A stretch of 59,277 bases of DNA, the filler included, from Actinomycetales bacterium (GTDB lineage Bacteria > Actinomycetota > Actinomycetes > Actinomycetales > CAVURS01), in the NCBI GenBank assembly GCA_045807245.1. It is 3 parts of 3 records of this genome, joined end to end, with 100 filler letters (N's around TTAATTAATTAA, not from the genome) between each part and the next. Parts side by side here need not be neighbours in the genome. Positions count along the whole stretch, not along the records: positions 12,714 to 37,911 come from JBJMHS010000066.1; positions 38,012 to 59,277 come from JBJMHS010000068.1; 1 more part is not named here. One strand, written 5' to 3'. Within the stretch, counting starts at the first letter, position 1. Every line of letters starts with the position of its first letter. The notes below the pieces were generated by a model that saw only the letters and a program-made list of their open reading frames with translations, was not told where the DNA came from and did not search any database. This document shows positions 34,401-43,399 of this stretch, one piece after another. The position numbers and the translations under genes were made by a program.

Positions 34401-34649
34401 GGCCCGCCCGACGGTGCAGACGCGCGCCAGACCGAGGGAGCGGCGCAGCATCCCGGGCGTCTCGTCCTTCGAACCGGTGTCGACGGCGACCACTCGGTCA
34501 GGGAGCCAGGTCTGCCCGGACAACGCCGACAGGGCGCGGGGCAGCCACCGTGCACCGTCGTGCGCGACCAGGACTGCGGTGACCGTGACCGGGCTCGCGG
34601 CAGTGTTGTCCGCGACGTCGACGTCGGGAGAGCCGTCGGTCACAGTCAT
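31470..34649 (-). CDS. Family 2 glycosyltransferase with large multi-TM region
   Basis: AVLVAHDGARWL, VDTGS, WLWLLHDD, DDLDFGWR. Confidence 0.9.
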   Translation of the reverse strand: MTVTDGSPDVDVADNTAASPVTVTAVLVAHDGARWLPRALSALSGQTWLPDRVVAVDTGSKDETPGMLRRSLGLARVCTVGRAVGFGDAVREGLASLDPVEPDGPTEWLWLLHDDCAPQPETLARLVDVVRRSPSIGVAGPKLVGWDDPEELLEVGLTTSRGGRRVTDIEPGERDQGQQDHRHDVLAVSTAGMLVRRDVWDRLDGLDPALALFRDDLDFGWRAQLAGHRVVVVPNARLADVQATSRGLRPADAVHGVPRRVDRTHGLRVAMAGAPAVTLPFLLLWFAVGGLLRTVGLLIAKQPRRAFDELVSVWAAVLTPWRVVASRWRHRGNREVPRRDIALLLAPRRSSLRSFAEAFSGSMGRSRVERVGPAQTESGPTAEEAENAERVSARLTRRVLTNPGFLVVAVATAVTAAMVRPLVGRGTLSGGQLLGWNGSPSQAWHSYADAWHGGGLGTDAPPAPYRAVLAGLAWLLQPLTSHPTALAVDVLLIGAIPLSALTAYVAAGTVLRNRWLRAWAALTWATLPTVTGALFTGRLGASALHILLPLVFLGFARTLRRPGSSTAAFAGALALAVAGAFVPVMLLCGLAAALVALALGGWARRARALLLAAVPALLLLPWLPALWDDPRLFLSGPGLLAPAGGSSSALSVALLHPGGPGATYAVLGAPLLLVGLAGLFRRGGSWLLVACGAVGLTGLGLALALPRIVIAAGTSTTTGAGLDGPLAHWSGTGIDLLALAALVAALHGADGIAGRMSQHRFGWRQLLLAPMSLAALMATVATTTFLAMHPVDGPVRRDAGAVLPAVAVDQANGPLATRTLVLSATARPEDGVGYRLVGAEIGDPALTLPLPESEPLVAAAAEALAAAPSDVTASSAAQALLRLGIGFVVATRPVPAAFAQQLDTTAGLTRLGESGTYALWRVEATTPGGIASGGGAPTAQPPARVRIVDASGQLVQDVPVAGPSARVDTSVPAGQSGRRLVLAEPPSDVWRATLDGTRLAPTTRDGLQAFDLPAVGGHLVVTSVDDRRRLLPAQGIVLVVVALLALPVGRRRRRDGVLG

Positions 34650-34675
34650 AACGAGGAGGCGGGGGCGAACCCCGC

Positions 34676-34963
34676 TCAGACCGCGCGCTTCTTCAGCTTC
34701 CGGCGTTCCCGCTCGCTCAGCCCGCCCCAGATGCCGAACCGCTCGTCATGGGCGAGCGCGTACTCGAGGCACTCTCCGCGGACGTCGCAGCCGATGCACA
34801 CCTTCTTGGCCTCCCGGGTGGAGCCGCCCTTCTCCGGGAAGAACGCCTCCGGGTCGGTCTGCGCGCACAGGGCGCGCTCCTGCCAACCCAGCTCACCCTC
34901 GTCCTGCTCATCGGTGAGCTCCACGAGATCCCCTACGTCGGTGATCAGCTTCAGCTCCTGCAC
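34676..34963 (-). CDS. whiB: WhiB-family Fe-S regulator (WhiB/WhmD ortholog)
   Basis: WQERALCAQTDPEAFFPEKGGSTREAKKVC, GIWGG; divergent from cofD. Confidence 0.96.
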   Translation of the reverse strand: MQELKLITDVGDLVELTDEQDEGELGWQERALCAQTDPEAFFPEKGGSTREAKKVCIGCDVRGECLEYALAHDERFGIWGGLSERERRKLKKRAV

Positions 34964-35230
34964 GGCTCTCTCCTCGCCACAGCCCCCCAGCCGGATGACA
35001 TGAATGGAATTACACGCGTGTCATACCTGCCACGTCAAGCCGAACAGTGATATCTCCACAAGTTCGCCCGGAGCGCTGCGGCACAGTCGAACACGTCATC
35101 TATTAATTCACGGCAAGAATCCGTCGCGGTCCTCGTCGAAACTCGTCATGCGACAACGGTTGTCATGTGGCGGTGGCCCCTGGCCGACGCTCCGTCAGGC
35201 GCGCGCCGGGGGCCCTGACAGACTTGGCCC

Positions 35231-36235
35231 ATGCGGATCACGGCACTCGCTGGAGGCGTCGGCGGCGCCCGGTTCCTGCGCGGGCTGCGCGCCCACCTCG
35301 ATGGCAGCGACGACCCCGCACTGCGTGAGGCCGAGATCACCGTCATCGGCAACACCGGTGACGACATCACGCTGTTCGGTCTGCGCGTGTGCCCCGACCT
35401 CGACACCGTCATGTACACCCTCGGCGGGGGCATCGACGAGGCTCAGGGCTGGGGCCGCGAGGACGAGACCCACGTGGTGCAGGCCGAGCTCGCGGCGTAC
35501 GGCGTGCAGCCACAGTGGTTCGGGCTCGGCGACCGAGACGTCGCCACGCACGTGGCCCGCACCCAGCTGCTCGGGCTCGGCTTTCCGCTGGGTCAGGTCA
35601 CCGAGGTGCTGTCCCAGCGCTGGGGGCTGCCCGGCCAGCACGTTCGCCTGCTGCCGATGACGGACGACCCCGTCGAGACCCATGTCGTCGTCGACGGCGA
35701 GGACGGTGAGCCGCACGCGATCCACTTCCAGGAGTGGTGGGTGCGGCTGCGAGCCGCAGTGCCGGCCCGGCAGATCGTCGCAGTGGGCATCGAAAGCGCG
35801 GTGGCGGGGCCCGGTGTGCTGCAAGCGATCCGGGACGCGGACGTAGTCCTGCTGCCGCCCTCGAACCCCGTCGTATCGATCGGCATCATCCTCGGTGTGC
35901 CCGAGGTGCGCGAGACGTTGCGCGGCACGCGGGCCCCCGTCGTCGGAGTCGCGCCGTTGGTCGCCGGCCGACCGGTCCGCGGCCATGCCGACGCCTGCCT
36001 GGCCGCGATCGGCGTCGACGCAACGGCCGGTGCGGTCGCAGGGCTGTACGCCGACTTCCTGGACGGCTGGCTGGTGCACCCCGGCGACGAGCCCCGGGCC
36101 GGCGAGATCGAGCCGCGCGTCGCTGTCCGCGCTCGGCCGCTGCTGATGTCCGATGTCGCCTCCGCGGCCGAGATCGCCGGCGACGCGCTCGACCTTGCTC
36201 TCGGGCTGCGCTCCCCCGCCACTGCCGGACGGTGA
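35231..36235 (+). CDS. cofD: 2-phospho-L-lactate transferase (F420 biosynthesis)
   Basis: LAGGVGGARF, NTGDD, CPDLD, WFGLGDRD, HFQEWWV, PSNPVVSI. Confidence 0.96.
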   Translation: MRITALAGGVGGARFLRGLRAHLDGSDDPALREAEITVIGNTGDDITLFGLRVCPDLDTVMYTLGGGIDEAQGWGREDETHVVQAELAAYGVQPQWFGLGDRDVATHVARTQLLGLGFPLGQVTEVLSQRWGLPGQHVRLLPMTDDPVETHVVVDGEDGEPHAIHFQEWWVRLRAAVPARQIVAVGIESAVAGPGVLQAIRDADVVLLPPSNPVVSIGIILGVPEVRETLRGTRAPVVGVAPLVAGRPVRGHADACLAAIGVDATAGAVAGLYADFLDGWLVHPGDEPRAGEIEPRVAVRARPLLMSDVASAAEIAGDALDLALGLRSPATAGR

Positions 36236-36242
36236 GCCCGGC

Positions 36243-37313
36243 GTGACGCCGCTGACCGTCTGGCCCGTCCATGCGATGCCCGAGGTGCACGAGGGCGACG
36301 ACCTGGCCCGGCTGCTCGTGGACGCGATGGCCGCGTCCGGGCTGGCCCTGCGCGACGGGGACGTGCTGGTCGTCTCCAGCAAGGTCCTCTCGAAGGCCCT
36401 GGGCCTGACCCGCGCGTCCGACCGGTCCGACCGGTCCGAGGCCGTCACGGACCAGACCGTCCGCGAGGTGGCTCGACGGGACGGTCCCCGCGGCCCGACG
36501 GTCATCGTCGAGGGGCGGGCCGGCCCGGTGATGGCGGCCGCCGGAGTGGATGCGTCGAACGCGCCGGCCGGTGAGGTGCTGCTCCTCCCCGAGGAGCCGG
36601 ACGGGGCCGCCCGCCAGCTCCGCGCGCAGATCACCGAGCTCGCGCACGGGGTGGTTTTCGGGCTCGTGGTCGCCGACACCGCCGGACGGCCGTGGCGGGA
36701 CGGGGTGACCGACTTCGCGCTCGGCGTCGCGGGCGTCGCGCCGTTGGAGGACCTACGGGGCCGCGCGGACGGCCACGGCAACGTCCTCGAGGTGACCGTC
36801 CGCGCCGTCGCGGACGAGCTGGCCGCCGCCGCTGACCTGGTCAAGGGCAAGCTCGACGGCATACCAGCGGCCGTCGTGAGCGGCGCCGACGCATACGTCA
36901 CGGCCGAGGACGGCCCCGGTGCCGCCGCCATGCTCCGCGGCCGGAACGGTGCCTGGTGGGAGGACTGGTTCCGCTACGGCCACGTCGAAGCGGTCCGGGC
37001 CGCCCTCCGCACGGGCGAGCGGGAGCCATCCACGACGGAGGCGGCGACACCGGCCGTCGGGCCCGAAACGGTTGCGCTACGAGCGAATCGAGCACTTCAG
37101 CTCGCCCTGTGCGCAACCCCTGGGCGGGTGACCGGTGCCCTCACGGAAGCGATGGGCGGGGTTGTGGCCGAGCTGTCCGGCGGGTCGTCGTACGCGATGG
37201 GTGTCGCCGTGGCGCGCTTTCACGTGGCGCTCTGGGCCGAGCATCTGGTGACCACCGCGGCGTACGACGAGCAGATGCCGGCCCGCTTCACGATCCGCGA
37301 GCTGGTCGACTAG
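36243..37313 (+). CDS. cofE: Coenzyme F420-0:L-glutamate ligase
   Basis: GDVLVVSSK, AAAGVDASN, DTAGRPWR, ADELAAAADLVKGK. Confidence 0.92.
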   Translation: MTPLTVWPVHAMPEVHEGDDLARLLVDAMAASGLALRDGDVLVVSSKVLSKALGLTRASDRSDRSEAVTDQTVREVARRDGPRGPTVIVEGRAGPVMAAAGVDASNAPAGEVLLLPEEPDGAARQLRAQITELAHGVVFGLVVADTAGRPWRDGVTDFALGVAGVAPLEDLRGRADGHGNVLEVTVRAVADELAAAADLVKGKLDGIPAAVVSGADAYVTAEDGPGAAAMLRGRNGAWWEDWFRYGHVEAVRAALRTGEREPSTTEAATPAVGPETVALRANRALQLALCATPGRVTGALTEAMGGVVAELSGGSSYAMGVAVARFHVALWAEHLVTTAAYDEQMPARFTIRELVD

Positions 37314-37911
37314 CCCGTCGTCGGCAGGTGCGTGCGCGTGCTCATGCGCGGTCCGCGCCGCGGGCGCTGGATGCCGGTGAGCTCCAGCAGCCGCTGCACG
37401 CGATAACGATGCGGTCGGTACGGCTCGAGCAGCTCGGCCAGCGCGTCGTCGTCGATCTCGGCGCCGAGCAGCGCGTAGCCGACGTTCCGCGCGAGGTGGT
37501 AGTCCCCGAAGCTGACCGCGTCGGCGTCGCCGTGCGCGCGCTGCCGCACCTCGGCCGCCGTCCAGACACCGACGCCGGGGATCGCCCGCAGCACCCGCTC
37601 GGCATCCGGCCCGGGACGGCCGACGGTGGCCTCGAGCCGCCGGGCGACGGAGGCCGCGCGCACGACCACGCCCGACCGGGCCGGGTCGACGCCCGCCCGC
37701 AGCCACTCCCAGGACGGGATGCCCGCCCACTCCTGCGCGGTCGGGGGCACCCGCAGGCCGAGCGCCTCTACCGGACCTGGTGCGGGCCGGCCGAACCGGA
37801 GCAGCAGCCGCCGCCAGCTGCTGAACGCCTCCTGCCCGGTCACCAGCTGCTCGACCGCAGCCGGCGCCAGGGACTCGAGCACCAGGCCGGTCCGGGGCAC
37901 CCGCCAGCCGG
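37310..37911 (-). CDS. DNA-3-methyladenine glycosylase 2 (AlkA/HhH-GPD) family, 5'-truncated by gap
   Basis: IPGVGVWTA HhH motif, GDYH, LEPYRPHRYR. Confidence 0.85.
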
Positions 37912-38011
37912 NNNNNNNNNNNNNNNNNNNNNNNNNNNNNNNNNNNNNNNNNNNNTTAATTAATTAANNNNNNNNNNNNNNNNNNNNNNNNNNNNNNNNN
38001 NNNNNNNNNNN
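37912..38011. other. Artificial contig linker
   Basis: N run containing TTAATTAATTAA at 37956-37967. Confidence 0.98.
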
Positions 38012-38013
38012 CC

Positions 38014-39255
38014 GCCATCGGCATCGAGATCCCCAACACCGACCGCGAGACCGTCTCGCTCGGCGACGTGCTGCGCTCCAGCCCGGCCAAGCGCACCGAG
38101 CACCCCATGGTGATCGGCGTGGGCAAGGACGTCGAGGGCCGCACGGTCGTGGCCAACCTGGCCAAGATGCCGCACATGCTCATCGCCGGCGCCACCGGCG
38201 CCGGCAAGTCGACGTGCATCAACGGGCTCATCACGTCGGTCCTCATGCGCGCCACGCCGGACGAGGTGCGGATGGTGCTGGTCGACCCCAAGCGCGTCGA
38301 GCTGACGGCGTACGAGGGCATCCCGCACCTGATCACGCCGATCATCACGAACCCGAAGAAGGCCGCGGAGGCGCTCGCCTGGGTGGTCAAGGAGATGGAG
38401 GTCCGGTACGACGACCTGGCCGCGTTCGGGTTCAAGCACGTCGACGACTTCAACAAGGGCGTGCGAGCGGGCACGGTCAAGGCACCGCTGGGCAGCGAAC
38501 GCGTCGTTGCGCCGTACCCCTACCTGCTCGTCATCGTCGACGAGCTGGCCGACCTGATGATGGTGGCGCCCCGGGATGTGGAGGAGTCGATCGTCCGGAT
38601 CACCCAGCTGGCCCGGGCTGCGGGCATCCACCTGGTGCTGGCCACCCAGCGGCCGAGCGTCGACGTCGTGACCGGCCTGATCAAGGCCAACGTGCCGAGC
38701 CGGATGGCGTTCGCCACGAGCTCGCTCGCCGACTCGCGCGTCGTCCTCGACCAGCCGGGGGCGGAAAAGCTTGTGGGACAAGGAGATGCGCTGTTCCTGC
38801 CGATGGGTTCGAGCAAGCCGATGCGGGTGCAAGGCGCCTGGGTGACCGAGACCGAGGTCACCAAGGTGGTCGAGCACGTGCGCAAGCAGCTCGCCCCGAC
38901 GTACCGCTCGGACATCATCGCGCCGGCCCAGCAGCGGATCGTCGACGACGACATCGGCGACGACCTCGACCTGCTCCTGCAGGCGACCGAGCTCGTCGTG
39001 TCCACCCAGTTCGGCTCGACCTCGATGCTGCAGCGCAAGCTGCGGGTCGGGTTCGCCAAGGCGGGCCGGCTGATGGACCTGCTCGAGTCGCGCGGCGTGG
39101 TGGGTCCGAGCGAGGGCAGCAAGGCGCGCGACGTGCTGGTGAAGCCGGACGACCTGCCGGCCACGCTGGCCCTCCTGCGCGGCGAGGACCCCTACGGCAG
39201 CGAGCCCGTCTACGACCAGGTCGAGGAGTCCCAAGCGGACAGCCCGGCGTACTGA
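38014..39255 (+). CDS. ftsK: DNA translocase FtsK, C-terminal part
   Basis: [29 protein letters not shown], gamma domain [10 protein letters not shown]. Confidence 0.96.
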   Translation, partial: AIGIEIPNTDRETVSLGDVLRSSPAKRTEHPMVIGVGKDVEGRTVVANLAKMPHMLIAGATGAGKSTCINGLITSVLMRATPDEVRMVLVDPKRVELTAYEGIPHLITPIITNPKKAAEALAWVVKEMEVRYDDLAAFGFKHVDDFNKGVRAGTVKAPLGSERVVAPYPYLLVIVDELADLMMVAPRDVEESIVRITQLARAAGIHLVLATQRPSVDVVTGLIKANVPSRMAFATSSLADSRVVLDQPGAEKLVGQGDALFLPMGSSKPMRVQGAWVTETEVTKVVEHVRKQLAPTYRSDIIAPAQQRIVDDDIGDDLDLLLQATELVVSTQFGSTSMLQRKLRVGFAKAGRLMDLLESRGVVGPSEGSKARDVLVKPDDLPATLALLRGEDPYGSEPVYDQVEESQADSPAY

Positions 39256-39274
39256 GCGCCCTAGAGTTGCGGGC

Positions 39275-40741
39275 ATGACGCCCGCGCGGACCGTAGCCCT
39301 GGTCACGCTCGGCTGCGCCCGTAACGAGGTCGACTCGGAGGAGCTGGCCGGGCGCTTGGAGGCGGCGGGCTGGCGGCTGGTCGACGACGCATCCGGGGCC
39401 AACGTGGCAGTGGTGAACACGTGCGGGTTCGTCGAGCAGGCCAAGAAGGACTCGATCGACACGCTGCTCGAGGCGTCGGCGCTCAAAGAGGCCGGCCACA
39501 CCCGAGCGGTCGTGGCGGTCGGCTGCCTGGCCGAACGGTACGGCGAGCAGCTCGCCGCCGAGCTGCCGGAGGCGGACGCTGTCCTCGGCTTCGACTCCTA
39601 CCAGGACCTGTCCACGCACCTCGACGCGGTCCTGCACGGCGAGCGGCCTCGTTCCCACGTGCCGGTCGACCGTCGCACGCTGCTCCCGCTCAGCCCGGCC
39701 GAGCGTCCCGGGGTAGGCCCGCTCGCGCCTGGCCACGCCTCGGTCGTCTCGGCCCCGGCCTCGGCCCCCGACCTGCCCGAAGGGGTCGGCCCCGCGAGCG
39801 GGCCCCGCGTCGTACGCCGCCGCCTCGACGGGCGGCCCTGGGCTCCGTTGAAGATCGCGTCCGGCTGCGACCGGCGCTGCGCGTTCTGCGCCATCCCGTC
39901 GTTCCGTGGGGCGTTCGTCTCCCGGCGCCCGGCCGATGTGCTGGCCGAGGCCCGGTGGCTGGCGGCGGAGAACGTGCGGGAGCTCTTCCTGGTCAGCGAG
40001 AACTCCACGTCGTACGGCAAGGATCTCGGCGACCTGCGCCTGCTGGAGACGATGCTCCCGGAGCTGGCGAAGGTGGAAAACGTTGTGCGCGTGCGGGTTT
40101 CGTACCTGCAGCCGGCCGAGGTCCGCCCGAGCCTGTTGGACGTGATGGCCGGCACGGAGGGCGTCGCGCCGTACTTCGACCTGTCCTTCCAGCACGCCTC
40201 GGGCCCACTGTTGCGCCGGATGCGCCGCTTCGGGGACCGTGAGTCCTTCCTCGAGCTGCTGGCCGAGGTACGGCGTCGGTCGCCGCTCGCGGGCGTCCGG
40301 TCCAACGTCATCGTCGGCTTCCCCGGCGAGAGCGAGGACGACCTCGCGGAGCTGACGTCCTTCCTCGAGGAGGCGCGGCTCGACGTCGTCGGCGTCTTCG
40401 GGTACTCCGACGAGGACGGGACGGAGGCCGAGGGCTACGGGGGCAAGCTGGACCATGCGGAGATCGCCGCGCGGGCCGCGCACGTCACGGACCTCGTCGA
40501 GCAGCTCACCAGCCAGCGGGCGGAGGAGCGCGTCGGCGAGCACGTCGAGGTGCTGGTCGAGAGCATCTCCCCGGACGGTGAGGCCGAAGGTCGGTCGGCC
40601 CATCAGGGGCCGGACGTCGACGGGACCACGACGGTCCTGCCCGGGCTCGCCGAGCCGCCGGCGGTCGGAGACATGGTGCAGGCACGCGTCGTCGCGAGCG
40701 AAGGCGTCGACCTGGTCGCGCGGCGTGAGGCCCCCGCATGA
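39275..40741 (+). CDS. rimO: Ribosomal protein S12 methylthiotransferase
   Basis: [25 protein letters not shown] radical SAM motif, TRAM domain. Confidence 0.95.
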   Translation: MTPARTVALVTLGCARNEVDSEELAGRLEAAGWRLVDDASGANVAVVNTCGFVEQAKKDSIDTLLEASALKEAGHTRAVVAVGCLAERYGEQLAAELPEADAVLGFDSYQDLSTHLDAVLHGERPRSHVPVDRRTLLPLSPAERPGVGPLAPGHASVVSAPASAPDLPEGVGPASGPRVVRRRLDGRPWAPLKIASGCDRRCAFCAIPSFRGAFVSRRPADVLAEARWLAAENVRELFLVSENSTSYGKDLGDLRLLETMLPELAKVENVVRVRVSYLQPAEVRPSLLDVMAGTEGVAPYFDLSFQHASGPLLRRMRRFGDRESFLELLAEVRRRSPLAGVRSNVIVGFPGESEDDLAELTSFLEEARLDVVGVFGYSDEDGTEAEGYGGKLDHAEIAARAAHVTDLVEQLTSQRAEERVGEHVEVLVESISPDGEAEGRSAHQGPDVDGTTTVLPGLAEPPAVGDMVQARVVASEGVDLVARREAPA

Positions 40742-41397
40742 CCACACCGCCCGGTCGGGGCGGCGACGCGGCGATGGACCCGGTCGCACTGCCACCGTCC
40801 GGCGTGAGTGTATGGAACATCGCGAACGCCCTGACCTTCCTTCGCCTCCTGCTCGTGCCGCTGTTCGCCGTACTTCTGTTGCACGACAACGGGACTCAGG
40901 ACGGATGGCGGATCGCGGCGACCGCGGTGTTCGGTGTCGCATCTCTGACCGACCGGTTCGACGGCGAGCTCGCCCGCCGGCGCGGTCTGATCACCGACGT
41001 CGGGAAGATCGTCGACCCGATCGCGGACAAGGCCCTGATCGGTACGGCGCTTGTGGGGCTGTCATGGCTGGACCAGCTCAGCTGGTGGGTGACCGTGGCC
41101 GTGCTCGTCCGCGAGGTCGGCATCACGATCCTGCGCTTCGTCGTGATCCGGCACGGGGTGATGCCCGCCAGCCGCGGCGGCAAGGTGAAGACATTCCTGC
41201 AAGCCCTGGCCATCGGCCTGTACCTGCTGCCGCTCGAAGGCGTGTGGCAGACCGGGGCCGCCGTGGTCATGGCCGTCGCGGTGGTCGTCACCCTGGTCAC
41301 CGGCGCCGACTACGTCGCGCGGGCCGTGACCCTGCGGCGGACGAGTGAGCGCGCGCAACGCAAGCGCGCCGAGCGCACCGCCCGGCGTACCGGCTGA
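40738..41397 (+). CDS. pgsA: CDP-diacylglycerol--glycerol-3-phosphate 3-phosphatidyltransferase
   Basis: [27 protein letters not shown]. Confidence 0.95.
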   Translation: MTTPPGRGGDAAMDPVALPPSGVSVWNIANALTFLRLLLVPLFAVLLLHDNGTQDGWRIAATAVFGVASLTDRFDGELARRRGLITDVGKIVDPIADKALIGTALVGLSWLDQLSWWVTVAVLVREVGITILRFVVIRHGVMPASRGGKVKTFLQALAIGLYLLPLEGVWQTGAAVVMAVAVVVTLVTGADYVARAVTLRRTSERAQRKRAERTARRTG

Positions 41398-41933
41398 TGG
41401 TCGGTCCCGACCCCGACCCCGACCCGGAGGCGACGCGGCGACGGAGCGAGGCCCTGGCGGTTGAAGTGATGGAGCTGGCCGTGCCGCAGGGGGTCCTGTT
41501 GGCCGTCGCGGAGTCGCTCACCGCCGGGTTGGTCACAGGCACCCTCGCGTCGGTGCCCGGTGCCTCCCAGGTGCTTCGCGGCGGCGTCGTCGCCTACGCG
41601 ACCGACCTCAAGGCGTCTCTGCTCGGCGTCGATGTCGGGCTGCTCGCGTCCGGTGGCGCCGTGCAGGCCGAGGTCGCTCTCGCGATGGCGGCCGGTGTAG
41701 CCGAGCGGCTGGGGTGCGGGTACGGCGTGGCGACGACCGGGGTGGCCGGGCCGGACCCGCAGGACGGCCAGCCGCCGGGGACCGCGTACGTCGCCGTCAC
41801 AGGCCCGTCGGGCCGCCGCCTGGCGAGCCGGACCGGCGCGACGGCCCTGCCCGGCGGGCGGGCCCAGGTCCGCTGGTCGACCGTCGAGCTGGCGCTGTCC
41901 CTGCTCGTGGACCAGCTGCGGGCGACCGGATGA
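41397..41933 (+). CDS. cinA: CinA C-terminal domain (NMN deamidase PncC-like)
   Basis: AVAESLTAG, GGVVAY, ATTGVAGP. Confidence 0.9.
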   Translation: MVGPDPDPDPEATRRRSEALAVEVMELAVPQGVLLAVAESLTAGLVTGTLASVPGASQVLRGGVVAYATDLKASLLGVDVGLLASGGAVQAEVALAMAAGVAERLGCGYGVATTGVAGPDPQDGQPPGTAYVAVTGPSGRRLASRTGATALPGGRAQVRWSTVELALSLLVDQLRATG

Positions 41934-41952
41934 GACGGCACGATCGGCGCCA

Positions 41953-41978
41953 GGAACACGCGGGCGGGGTGCACCGTT
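41953..41978 (+). promoter_or_regulatory. SigH/SigR-type ECF promoter upstream of clgR-like gene
   Basis: GGAAC-N18-GTT, exact spacing. Confidence 0.7.
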
Positions 41979-42137
41979 GACCCATCCATGGCAAGCAGTG
42001 CGCCCCATCACCCGTTCGTCCGCCCCCCGGGGTACCGTGGTCACGCACCGGTCGGAACACGTCGGCCCGCCCGGTCCACCGGCCAGCCGACCGGACCGCG
42101 CAACCGGACGGACGGCCAGCCTGCGAAGGGAGGCGTG

Positions 42138-42440
42138 ATGGTCCTGCTCCGGCACGAGATCGGCGATGTTCTGCGCGAGCGGCGACAGAGGCAAGGGCGC
42201 ACCCTGCGTCAGGTCTCGGGGGCGGCCCGCGTCTCGCTGGGCTACCTGAGCGAGGTCGAGCGCGGCCAGAAGGAAGCCTCCTCTGAGCTGTTGGCCTCGA
42301 TCTGCGGAGCGCTCGAGCTGCCGTTGTCCGAGGTGCTGAGCCAGGTCTCCGAGCGGGTGGCCGTGGCCGAGCAGGCGAACGCGTCCGTCGCGGCGCTCCC
42401 GGTCAACGGTGCTGCCCAGGCCCTCGTCTCGGCCGCCTGA
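42138..42440 (+). CDS. clgR: ClgR-like XRE HTH regulator
   Basis: [42 protein letters not shown]; follows cinA. Confidence 0.85.
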   Translation: MVLLRHEIGDVLRERRQRQGRTLRQVSGAARVSLGYLSEVERGQKEASSELLASICGALELPLSEVLSQVSERVAVAEQANASVAALPVNGAAQALVSAA

Positions 42441-42507
42441 GCCTCACTCCTCGCCTCATCCTGCTCGCCTAACGCTGCTCGGCCTCATCCTGCAGCTCAT
42501 CCTGCTC
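42441..42507. repeat. Degenerate ~14-bp tandem array (GCCTCATCCTGCTC x5)
   Basis: Units at 42441, 42453, 42467, 42482 and 42495. Confidence 0.75.
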
Positions 42508-43378
42508 CGCGGTTCCTCTCGCGTGCCCCCAACGGGCGCTGCGGTCGCCCGTCGTCCGTAGGCGCCGGACCTGGCTGACAGGTGGGGCAGTAGAAGGCGA
42601 CCCGGTCCCGTGGCGGCGGGCCGAGCCGGGCCACCCGCACCGTCGTACCGCAGCGCCGGCACGGCCGTCCAGACCGGCCGTGCACGTAGGCCTCGTGCCC
42701 GGGCCTGGGGTCACCCGTCGTCACCTGTGCGACCCGGTCGCGGTTCAGATGCAGGAGACCGTAGACCCGTTGCACGATCCGGGACAGGGCCTCGCCGCCG
42801 ATGTCGCCGACTGGTGTCCAGGGTGAGCGGCCGGCCAGGAACAGCGTCTCCGCCATGTAGAAGGTGCCGATCCCCGCAAGGACCCGCTGGTCCAGCAGCG
42901 CTTCACCCACTGCGCGCTCGGGGGCGGCCCGCAGGTTGGCCAGCACGCGGCCTGGATCCCAGTCCGGCCCGAGCACATCGGGACCGAGATGACCCACGAC
43001 CGTCGGCTCGTCCCGCGTCTCCACCAGGTCGAGCAGGCCGAGCTTGACCCCGGTGGCCGTCCACTCCTCGTTGCCCAGGATCGCCCTCACGTCCGGTCCG
43101 TGCGCGCGCCGGCCGGGGGTGACGCTGGTGCGGTCGACCCGCCAGCTGCCCTCCATGCGCAGGTGTGAGTGGAGGGTGACCGCGCCGCCGCCCGCCGCCG
43201 GCGCTGCGATCCGGGTCAGGATGTGCTTGCCCCGGGCGAGGGTCTCGACGACCGTCCGACCAGTGAGGTCGACCGTCGCCAGGGAGGGCCAGCGCAGGTC
43301 GGTGACGACCAGTACGCGTCCGGACAGGGCCGCATCCAGCCGCTGGGCGGTCCGCCAGACGACGTCGCCCTCAGGCAA
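42497..43378 (-). CDS. nei: Fpg/Nei family DNA glycosylase
   Basis: MPEGD, RGKH, HLRMEG, LLDQRVLAGIG, CxxC..CPTCQ zinc finger. Confidence 0.93.
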   Translation of the reverse strand: MPEGDVVWRTAQRLDAALSGRVLVVTDLRWPSLATVDLTGRTVVETLARGKHILTRIAAPAAGGGAVTLHSHLRMEGSWRVDRTSVTPGRRAHGPDVRAILGNEEWTATGVKLGLLDLVETRDEPTVVGHLGPDVLGPDWDPGRVLANLRAAPERAVGEALLDQRVLAGIGTFYMAETLFLAGRSPWTPVGDIGGEALSRIVQRVYGLLHLNRDRVAQVTTGDPRPGHEAYVHGRSGRPCRRCGTTVRVARLGPPPRDRVAFYCPTCQPGPAPTDDGRPQRPLGARERNRGAG

Positions 43379-43399
43379 GGCGCACCCCCTCCGGCCCAG

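Noticed and set aside
42441..42507. Repeat array as a mini-CRISPR
   Set aside because: Units are contiguous and degenerate with no spacers; no cas genes in the window
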